From Oscillospiraceae bacterium (GTDB lineage: Bacteria > Bacillota > Clostridia > Oscillospirales > Oscillospiraceae), in contig JAAZCZ010000061.1 of the NCBI GenBank assembly GCA_012513005.1, forward strand, positions 5,680-69,679: DNA of 64,000 nt, in the 5' to 3' direction. A program made the position numbers and the translations under genes. Below the pieces are notes generated by a model. It searched no databases and had not been told where the DNA came from. It saw only the letters and a program-made list of their open reading frames with translations. Below, one piece after another: positions 57,044 to 64,000 of this stretch. Positions within the stretch are counted from its first letter, which is position 1, and each line of letters begins with the position of its first letter.

Positions 57044-57650
57044 TAAAATACACCTCTGTTAATAATTCATAGTTTTTTGCTTTGCATTTTTCAGCAGTAA
57101 TAATAGCATCTATCTTAGAAGCCGCAACACCGGGAGAATCGTTAATTACAACATAATCGTATCGATGTGCTTCAAGACACTCAACTTTTGCCTGAATAAG
57201 TCGCTCAATAATTTTGGTCTCTGAGTCAGTTTTTCGGCATCTGAGCCTTCGTTCCAGCTCAGCAGCATTAGGAGGCAGTACAAAAATACTAACCGCTTCT
57301 TCATAATTGGATTTAATCTGTCTTGACCCTACAACCTCAATGTCTAAGACAACACTAATACCCTCTTTGAGCTTTTCTTCAACATAAGCTCTCGGTGTTC
57401 CGTACATATTGCCGACATAACTAGCATGTTCAAGCAACTCACCGTTATTAACCATATCTTCAAATCTTTCCTTGCTTATGAAGAAGTAGTCAACACCATG
57501 TTCCTCTTTGCTCCTCATTTCTCTGGTAGTCACAGAAACTGAAAAACAAAGGTCATCGCGCAGCTTTAAAAGCTCGGAAATAACAGTGCTCTTACCGGCC
57601 CCGGAAGGACCTGAAATTACAACAAGTATGCCCTTTTCGTCTATAGTCAT
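57018..57650 (-). CDS. gmk: guanylate kinase
   Basis: P-loop GPSGAGKST, SVTTR and EHASY/GNMYGT blocks. Confidence 0.93.
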   Translation of the reverse strand: MTIDEKGILVVISGPSGAGKSTVISELLKLRDDLCFSVSVTTREMRSKEEHGVDYFFISKERFEDMVNNGELLEHASYVGNMYGTPRAYVEEKLKEGISVVLDIEVVGSRQIKSNYEEAVSIFVLPPNAAELERRLRCRKTDSETKIIERLIQAKVECLEAHRYDYVVINDSPGVAASKIDAIITAEKCKAKNYELLTEVYFNDVVSPNG

Positions 57651-57673
57651 TTGTTCTCCTAACAGCTTTATTT

Positions 57674-57913
57674 TCAGGTCTTATCCTCAAGTCGAAGGCT
57701 TATCGCCTCCGGAACTAATGAAGAGAGTACAACATGCTCACTGTCCATAAAAATCACAGACTTGGTTTTGCGTCCAAAGCTCGCATCTATCAGTATTCCC
57801 TTTTCCCTGGCATCGGAAATTGTTCTTTTTATTGGGGCAGACTCCGGAGACACAACGGAGACTATCTTTTCCTCAGCCACATAGCTTCCAAATCCAATAT
57901 TTATTAGTCTCAT
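57674..57913 (-). CDS. remA: RemA (DUF370) family regulator
   Basis: 79 aa: [12 protein letters not shown]...SPESAPIKR...[16 protein letters not shown]. Conserved position between yicC and gmk. Confidence 0.87.
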   Translation of the reverse strand: MRLINIGFGSYVAEEKIVSVVSPESAPIKRTISDAREKGILIDASFGRKTKSVIFMDSEHVVLSSLVPEAISLRLEDKT

Positions 57914-57916
57914 GTA

Positions 57917-58795
57917 TTACTCCACATTTTGAACTTGCTCTCGTATTTTTTCTATTTCTGCTTTCAGGTCAACGACAGTGTGTGCAATCTCCGAGTTTTG
58001 ACATTTAGAGCCAATAGTGTTAGCTTCTCTATTTAGTTCCTGAACGAGAAAGTCCATTTTTCTGCCTATAGGCTCCTCTGATTCTGCCATTGCTCTTAGC
58101 TGGCTAAAATGGCTTTTTAACCTGACTGTTTCTTCATCAACAGCAATTCGGTCAGCAAATATAGCCGCTTCTGTGAGTATTCTGCTCTCATCAATGCCTG
58201 ATTCTGCAAGCACTTCACGCATTTTGTTCTCTAAGCGAACTCTATATGCAAGCTCTGTTGTAGGTGCTGCTTCCGAAATCGCACTAAGCAATGACTCCAT
58301 AGTTTCAATTCGAGATATGATATCGGCAGATAAGGCTGCTCCTTCGGTTTTTCTCATTGAGTCAAAGCCCAACAGTGCTTCAACAAGCACCTCGTTTAGC
58401 TGCGCAAGCAGTTTATCGTTATCAGTTTCCGCAATGCTGACTGCAATTACTTCAGGCAGCCTGCTGACAGACATGACAGAAATATCATTTGGGATTTCAA
58501 ATTTATCTGAAATAGAACTAAGCTCTGTTATATATTTGGAAACCAAGTCCTCATTAACCGATACTTCTACATCTTCATTTGCAGAGCTTTCAACTGAAAC
58601 AAAAACATCTACCTTTCCCCTTGAAACCCTACTTTGAACAAAAGACTTAATCGGTGTTTCAGCGAAAAGCAATGCTCTCGGCAGCTTTACGCTCAAATCC
58701 AAAAATCTGTTATTCACGCTTCTTATCTGAATAGTAAAGACCTTACCGTTATAATTGCCCCGCGCTTCACCGTATCCGGTCATGCTTTTTAGCAT
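57917..58795 (-). CDS. yicC: YicC-family stress-induced protein (endoribonuclease YicC)
   Basis: MLKSMTGYG N-terminus, SVNNRFLD, and the C-terminal EANTIGSK ... REQVQNVE block. Confidence 0.87.
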   Translation of the reverse strand: MLKSMTGYGEARGNYNGKVFTIQIRSVNNRFLDLSVKLPRALLFAETPIKSFVQSRVSRGKVDVFVSVESSANEDVEVSVNEDLVSKYITELSSISDKFEIPNDISVMSVSRLPEVIAVSIAETDNDKLLAQLNEVLVEALLGFDSMRKTEGAALSADIISRIETMESLLSAISEAAPTTELAYRVRLENKMREVLAESGIDESRILTEAAIFADRIAVDEETVRLKSHFSQLRAMAESEEPIGRKMDFLVQELNREANTIGSKCQNSEIAHTVVDLKAEIEKIREQVQNVE

Positions 58796-59214
58796 AATTC
58801 GTCACCGCCGGAGATAATGCTGATTATGTTGTATGTAATCGGCTTATTCTTTTTCTGCTTTCCGATAATTACCACCACCAAAAAGCCGACAGCCATTGCT
58901 GCAAAGCTGGATATTATCTTGTATGTCTCCTCCCAGCCCAAATAGGCGCCTAATAAGTATCCGATAAAAAAGAAAACAAACGGAAGAGCGTAAACAAGCA
59001 GAGCAGTTCCCAGTATTCTGGAAGTTTTAGTTTGGATTTCTACCTTATCTCCTAAAGCAGCTCCGATTTCATTTATTGCTTCCAGCTTAATGCTTGATGT
59101 ATATTTACAAACATGACAGCTGCTGCATCCCTCGCCGCATGCCGTGCCACGCATAACCTCTGCCTCTACCAGTGTCGGGGAAATAATTCTTGTTATAAGT
59201 GCAAATTGTGTCAT
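58789..59214 (-). CDS. RseC/MucC (SoxR-reducing system) family membrane protein
   Basis: N-terminal beta domain with a Cys cluster (ACGEGCSSCHVC), followed by two TM helices. This layout is typical of RseC. Confidence 0.65.
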   Translation of the reverse strand: MTQFALITRIISPTLVEAEVMRGTACGEGCSSCHVCKYTSSIKLEAINEIGAALGDKVEIQTKTSRILGTALLVYALPFVFFFIGYLLGAYLGWEETYKIISSFAAMAVGFLVVVIIGKQKKNKPITYNIISIISGGDELC

Positions 59215-59224
59215 TTTTTGTCTC

Positions 59225-60472
59225 CTATTTTCTGATATTTACTATCAGCTTGTACTCACCTACAGCTCCGACATCTGCAAAGCCGTCTACATATATCTTT
59301 GCCGTAACATAAATCTCACCTGTTGACGTGATATTGTTGAGGTCAGCTACAGCTCTTAGATTGTTAGCAGCTATTTTATCCAAAATTTCCTGTTTGCCTC
59401 TGATCGTAACATCTAAACTGCGCGACACTATGTTTGCAGAGGAAAAGCTGCCGGGAAGATTAATATACGAAAGATTTGAAACAGAAAAGCCTTTTGAGCC
59501 GAGCCCGAGAATTTCGATTTCAATTTTGGCATCCTTTTCACCTGAAACGTTCTCAACGCCGTTTGGCAAAATAATAGGAAGATTTGCATCATATGTGCTG
59601 ACAAAACTGGAAAGGTCAATATTGGCAAGCTCAATCTTGTTTATTCCGTCAACAAGCGCCGCATCTCCTGCTATTGTAATCTTTTCGGGGAGAATGCTTA
59701 TCTTGCAGTTATCTCTTAGTGCTCCGCCACCGGGTGTAATAATAAGGTCTAGAGGAACTTCTTTTTTCTTGCTTATCGGCACAGTTATAGAGACTGTGTC
59801 ACTGTCAAAAGTAACTTCCCCTACCGGGAGGTCTCTTCCCTCGGAATCACGCAATGTAAAGCTTAAGTCGGCTCGTTTCTCGCGGCTTAAGTTTTGACCG
59901 TCTACTATGACCCATGCATGATCAATAAGTTTAACTTGTTTTTCCGGACCGCTGATATTAATAGTTCCCGGATTAAAAGCAAGATTACCGACTATATACC
60001 CTTCTTCTGCGTTACCCGTGAAAGCCCCTTTGACTTCAATTGGTTTTTCAAGCAGCTTGTCTACATAAAACTGAATCGTCCTCGGGTAGCTGCTGATTAA
60101 ACTAATTTCATCGGGGTTAACTGCTTTTTTATACTTTAATGTAAACGGTACAGTATTGTTTCCGATACTTGTAAGCTTTGATACATCAATTACCGCTTTA
60201 ATATCTGAACTGTGCAGAGAACCGACATTGTCCCAATTGCCTGAAAGTTTAACGCTTACAGTTTTTTGGCTAATATCGGTTATGACAAAGCTCTTAAGCT
60301 CACGGATTGCTTCCCTTCCCTCAAATACAACCTCGACATCAGTAAACTCCCTTGTGACGGTTGTTGTTTGTGTTCGAGTTATGTATATCCAGCTGAGAAA
60401 AGAAACAAGCAGTGAGATAATCAGCCACAGTATTCTGCTGTCAATCAGTTTTTTCTTCTTTTTTTCCGTCAT
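59225..60472 (-). CDS. cdaR: YbbR-domain protein CdaR (regulator of diadenylate cyclase CdaA)
   Basis: N-terminal TM anchor, then repeated YbbR-like beta modules. It lies immediately downstream of cdaA and overlaps it. Confidence 0.8.
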   Translation of the reverse strand: MTEKKKKKLIDSRILWLIISLLVSFLSWIYITRTQTTTVTREFTDVEVVFEGREAIRELKSFVITDISQKTVSVKLSGNWDNVGSLHSSDIKAVIDVSKLTSIGNNTVPFTLKYKKAVNPDEISLISSYPRTIQFYVDKLLEKPIEVKGAFTGNAEEGYIVGNLAFNPGTINISGPEKQVKLIDHAWVIVDGQNLSREKRADLSFTLRDSEGRDLPVGEVTFDSDTVSITVPISKKKEVPLDLIITPGGGALRDNCKISILPEKITIAGDAALVDGINKIELANIDLSSFVSTYDANLPIILPNGVENVSGEKDAKIEIEILGLGSKGFSVSNLSYINLPGSFSSANIVSRSLDVTIRGKQEILDKIAANNLRAVADLNNITSTGEIYVTAKIYVDGFADVGAVGEYKLIVNIRK

Positions 60473-61334
60473 CTTTTTTCCCCTTGCTGCCGAGAAGTTT
60501 GGTTATTGATGAAAAGTCGAACTTCTTATTGTTTTCGTCTTTGGGAAGTAGCTCATTTTTTAATAGTTTTTCAAATGTTTCTGCACTCAGATGCCTTTTT
60601 AGCATTCCATCAACTGCAACTGAAATTGATCCGCTCTCTTCCGAAACTATAACGCATACGGCATCGGACACTTCGCTCATACCGATTGCCGCCCTGTGTC
60701 TCATACCCAAGTCACGACTGAGCCCGGCATTTTTTGACAGCGGCAGCATGCAGCCTGCTGAAACAATTTGACCTTGCCTAATAATAACTGCCCCGTCGTG
60801 CATAGGTGCCTTAACAAAAAATAAATTTCTCAAAAGTTCAGAGCTGACATCTGCATTTATTTTAGTCCCTGTGCTTATAGGTTCTCCAAGGTATGTTGCC
60901 CTCTCAAAGATTATTAGAGCCCCTGTTCGTGTTCTTGCCATATCCAAACACGCCAGCACAGTTTGCGCTATAGCAGACTCAATTACCGTTGCAGAATTTG
61001 TGCGTGTAAAGATATCTCCTATGCTTCCGCTGCCCATTTTTTCAATAAGCCGCCTAAATTCAGGCTGAAATAGTATTACAATTGCAATTAATCCGAGTTC
61101 AACCGTTTTTCTAAGGATAAAACTGAGCATAGTAAGACTAAGTGACTCTGCGAGCATGAACGCAAGAATAATAAAGAGAATACCTTTTGCAAATCGCATA
61201 GAGTTTGTGCGACGAATAAGGCTTATAGCAAAATAAATGAATGCGGCAACAATAACGATATCAAGTACATCAGTAAACCGCATCGATGTTAAGCTCGTAT
61301 TAATTTTTGAAAAAGAATCCGCAATACTCTGCAT
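60441..61334 (-). CDS. cdaA: membrane-bound diadenylate cyclase CdaA (DacA)
   Basis: Three N-terminal TM helices plus a DAC domain with GALIIFE, APMHDGAVII, GMRHRAAIG and SEESGSISVA. Confidence 0.92.
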   Translation of the reverse strand: MQSIADSFSKINTSLTSMRFTDVLDIVIVAAFIYFAISLIRRTNSMRFAKGILFIILAFMLAESLSLTMLSFILRKTVELGLIAIVILFQPEFRRLIEKMGSGSIGDIFTRTNSATVIESAIAQTVLACLDMARTRTGALIIFERATYLGEPISTGTKINADVSSELLRNLFFVKAPMHDGAVIIRQGQIVSAGCMLPLSKNAGLSRDLGMRHRAAIGMSEVSDAVCVIVSEESGSISVAVDGMLKRHLSAETFEKLLKNELLPKDENNKKFDFSSITKLLGSKGKKDDGKKEEKTD

Positions 61335-61464
61335 AATAAAACCACCGGCATAAAAAATCGAGCAAATTACTTGTTAATTAATCAAAATATTATACAACAT
61401 TTCCTGTATTATAGCAATATAATAGCGTCCTTAATAAGGCTTTGGTCTATTGTTTACAAACTGT

Positions 61465-61932
61465 TCATTCAAGAAGTGCCACAGCATATGCAGCAATGCC
61501 CTCGCCTGTTCCTGTAAAGCCGAGTTTCTCCTCTGTGGTTGCCTTTACACTAACTTGATCCACGCCTATATTTAAGCAATCTGCAATGCTTTTTCTCATT
61601 TCTAAAATGAAGCTGCTCAGCTTTGGCTCCTGTGCAACAACTGTTGCGTCAATATTAGAAATTTTGTAGCCTGAAGCTTCTATTTCTTTATTAGCTCTAC
61701 TGAGCAGAATAAGGCTTTTAATATTCTTAAAGGATAAATCAGTATCCGGGAACAAAGAGCCTATATCTCCCAATGCAGCCGCACCTAAAATAGCGTCTAT
61801 TATTGCATGTGATAATACATCAGCGTCAGAGTGCCCATCTAAACCCAAATCATACGGAATACTAATACCGCCTAAAATAAGCTCTCTTCCGACTATTAGC
61901 CTGTGCACGTCATAGCCAAATCCTATTCGCAT
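61465..61932 (-). CDS. ispF: 2-C-methyl-D-erythritol 2,4-cyclodiphosphate synthase
   Basis: [21 protein letters not shown] and the [10 protein letters not shown] blocks. Confidence 0.94.
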   Translation of the reverse strand: MRIGFGYDVHRLIVGRELILGGISIPYDLGLDGHSDADVLSHAIIDAILGAAALGDIGSLFPDTDLSFKNIKSLILLSRANKEIEASGYKISNIDATVVAQEPKLSSFILEMRKSIADCLNIGVDQVSVKATTEEKLGFTGTGEGIAAYAVALLE

Positions 61933-62642
61933 TTAATGTTTCCCCTTTTAATTATTAGTTCAGCTAATAATATATCAGCCGGGCTTGTCAGTTTAATATT
62001 TTCAAATGAGCCTTCTGTAAGAAAAACAGGGGTCATGTTTCTATAAAACAGTTCGCAGTCATCAGTGATTTCAGTCAAAAAGCTTTTAGACTTTTCATAG
62101 TTTTCTAAATATAATCTGCGGCTGAACACTTGAGGTGTTTGATAAAGTCTTATTGCGTCTCGCTTAATACTTTGCACAGCGCCGCTTTCATCAATAAGCC
62201 TTGCAGTGTCGTAAATCTTAAGCGCCGGGGCAGCTGCGCCATGTTTTATAGCAGCTGATACAGTGCTTTTTACTATTTCAGCGCTGACTAAAGGTCTTGC
62301 TGCATCATGTATTGCAACTAAGTCTGATTTTATTGAGCTTGCTCTTACTCCCAAATACGAAGAAACAGCTCTTTCGTTTCCGCCTTCTATTATTGTAACA
62401 GGTTTTTTTATATCAGCTGCTACAATTAATGAGCGTATTTTTTCTATATTTTCTTTTGAGCAAACTACAACATGTTCAGAAATGTAATCACTACTGTCAA
62501 AAACCTTTAGCGTTCTTATTATTACGGGTATGTTAAATAAGCTTATTGTTATTTTATCCTCACCCATACGCTGTGAGCTTCCCGCAGCAAGTATTATTGC
62601 AGAACAAAGTTCATTCTGTTTAGGATTTGTATTAGGCTTCAT
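61923..62642 (-). CDS. ispD: 2-C-methyl-D-erythritol 4-phosphate cytidylyltransferase
   Basis: [12 protein letters not shown]-loop-like motif, HDAARP, and TPQVF. I chose the ATG at 62642, 6 nt after GGAGA. Confidence 0.9.
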   Translation of the reverse strand: MKPNTNPKQNELCSAIILAAGSSQRMGEDKITISLFNIPVIIRTLKVFDSSDYISEHVVVCSKENIEKIRSLIVAADIKKPVTIIEGGNERAVSSYLGVRASSIKSDLVAIHDAARPLVSAEIVKSTVSAAIKHGAAAPALKIYDTARLIDESGAVQSIKRDAIRLYQTPQVFSRRLYLENYEKSKSFLTEITDDCELFYRNMTPVFLTEGSFENIKLTSPADILLAELIIKRGNIKCE

Positions 62643-62698
62643 TGATATTCTCCATAAAAAACAAGCAGGCAAATTGCCTGCTGTTTTATTATTAATTT

Positions 62699-63184
62699 TT
62701 ATGACAAGTTTACAGACTTATGAATACGCTGTTCAACCTCATCATAGCTAAAACTTGAAGATAAAACAATCTCTGAAATAAGAATTTGTTTTGCTGCGTT
62801 AAGTATCTTTCGGTCTTGCATAGAAAGACCCTTCTCATCATCGCTGATGATAAGTCCCTTGACTACTTCCGCAACCTCCATTAAGTCACCGCTCTTGATT
62901 TTCAGCATATTTTCACGGTACCGCTTGTGCCAATTCTGGTTCATACTTATCTCGATGTCCGAAATTGAGTCCATAATTGTTTCAGCAGCTTTGCTGTCTA
63001 TAATATGCCTGACTCCAATTTGTTCACAGCCGTCTACTGGTATCATTACAAGCATGTCCCCGGCAGGTAGCTTAAGAACATAGTAGTCCCGCTCTTCGCC
63101 ATTAATCCTCTTCTTGATTATCTTATCAATAACACCGGCACCGTGCATAGGGTGTGCTATTCTGTCTCCCACACGGAAAGTCAT
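62699..63184 (-). CDS. carD: CarD-family RNA-polymerase-binding transcription factor
   Basis: MTFRVGDRIAHPMHGAGVI Tudor-like RID domain. ATG at 63184 behind GGAGGA. It lies upstream of ispD-ispF, as in many Firmicutes. Confidence 0.88.
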   Translation of the reverse strand: MTFRVGDRIAHPMHGAGVIDKIIKKRINGEERDYYVLKLPAGDMLVMIPVDGCEQIGVRHIIDSKAAETIMDSISDIEISMNQNWHKRYRENMLKIKSGDLMEVAEVVKGLIISDDEKGLSMQDRKILNAAKQILISEIVLSSSFSYDEVEQRIHKSVNLS

Positions 63185-63237
63185 TAAATCCTCCAATCCA
63201 ACAATACACATTGTAAATACACATAATTCTTATATGT

Positions 63238-63266
63238 ATTATACACTTTTTTTATAGGATTTGCAA
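63238..63266 (-). promoter_or_regulatory. candidate sigma-A type promoter for carD-ispDF
   Basis: On the minus strand: TTGCAA (63261-63266), 17 nt, TATAAT (63238-63243), about 50 nt upstream of the carD ATG. Confidence 0.5.
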
Positions 63267-63368
63267 GGAAATAGCCAATTATTAATTATCCAATCACAGA
63301 GAAACAGATTAATACTTAGATATTCAGTTTAGCCTGTTTTATGCTCTTTAATACAGTCTATTAACTGC

Positions 63369-64000
63369 TTACTGAATTTCCTCTGAGCTCTCCGGTGCTA
63401 TGCCGCTAACTTCACCTGTTTCAGAAAGTTCATAGACAAATGCTTTCTCAGCTGCATCAGAAATATCTGCGTTGTCATTAAACTCGTTTGCGGCAGGTGT
63501 AATCAGTGCTCTTGCCGACAAAGAAATTCTGTTTTTATCAGTGTCAATAGCAGTAATCTGAACATCCAAAACATCTCCTATGCTAAGGACATCCTCAGGC
63601 TTGGATATGTGCCTGTTGGCTATCTGAGAAATATGAATAAGTCCGTCAACACCGGGAAGTATCTCCGCAAATGCACCGAAAGGCATAATGCGAACAACTT
63701 TTACGTTAATTATATCACCGACGTTGTTGTTGCTTACAAAAATATTCCAAGGATTGTCGCTCTGCTTTTTGTGTCCCAAAGAAATACGGTGCTTTTCTTT
63801 ATCGAAGTCTAAAACAAAAACTTCAATTTCGTCACCTATATTAACTACTTCAGCAGGATTTTTAATTCTGTTCCAGCTTAGCTCGGAAACATGAACCATG
63901 CCGTCAACACCGCCGATGTCAACAAAGGCACCATAGTGTGTGAGGCTCTTTACAACACCCTTATATTCCTTGCCTACTTCTATTTCATTCCAAACCGCCT
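63369..64000 (-). CDS. rpsA: 30S ribosomal protein S1 family protein, C-terminal part (5' end lies beyond the window; it may be the IspH-S1 fusion common in Clostridia)
   Basis: The frame stays open past the ORF-track Met at 63899 to the window edge (...EVGKEYKGVVKSLTHYGAFVDIGGVDGMVHVSELSW). At least three S1 OB-fold repeats are present (GAFVDI.., GAFAEILPGVDGLIHISQI). Confidence 0.85.
   Translation of the reverse strand, partial: AVWNEIEVGKEYKGVVKSLTHYGAFVDIGGVDGMVHVSELSWNRIKNPAEVVNIGDEIEVFVLDFDKEKHRISLGHKKQSDNPWNIFVSNNNVGDIINVKVVRIMPFGAFAEILPGVDGLIHISQIANRHISKPEDVLSIGDVLDVQITAIDTDKNRISLSARALITPAANEFNDNADISDAAEKAFVYELSETGEVSGIAPESSEEIQ

Overview
This is a chromosomal, mostly housekeeping segment of an AT-rich Gram-positive (Bacillota) genome. 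Gene content and order fit class Clostridia: dcw genes, SRP RNA-dnaX-ybaB, radA, a glycolytic operon, rnj, recR, smpB/tmRNA, ligA, RNase P RNA, priA-def-fmt-rsmB-rlmN-prpC-prkC-rsgA, gmk-rpoZ, remA, cdaA-cdaR, carD-ispD-ispF and S1. I cannot name the species by eye. I call 62 protein-coding genes, two of them cut by the window edges. I also call three essential structured RNAs (large Bacillus-type SRP RNA, tmRNA, RNase P RNA), a set of hairpin terminators, several near-consensus sigma-A type promoters, and one coding tandem repeat. I found no CRISPR array, IS/transposase, prophage, restriction-modification, toxin-antitoxin or recognisable defence gene, so I do not claim a clear new multi-gene system. 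The most unusual item is a 659-aa P1B-type ATPase homologue (17558-19537, minus). Nearly every catalytic motif in it is degenerate, yet the reading frame, strong RBS, membrane segments and a Cys-rich N-terminus are intact. It sits directly behind the metal-dependent class II aldolase gene with no terminator between them. Second-tier items: an uncharacterised 250-aa ORF translationally coupled to radA where Firmicutes usually carry disA; a tightly packed Xer-like recombinase / MBOAT / DHHW / aminotransferase block bracketed by terminators; an FMN-dependent alpha-hydroxy-acid oxidoreductase homologue with an N-terminal four-Cys motif behind the largest unexplained intergenic region; smpB-ppiB-ssrA with overlapping stop/start and no visible promoter for tmRNA; a cdaA-cdaR operon followed by an RseC-family gene instead of glmM; and a dcw cluster lacking ftsA and murD. 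All functional calls rest on by-eye motif recognition in the supplied translations. No database search was run.
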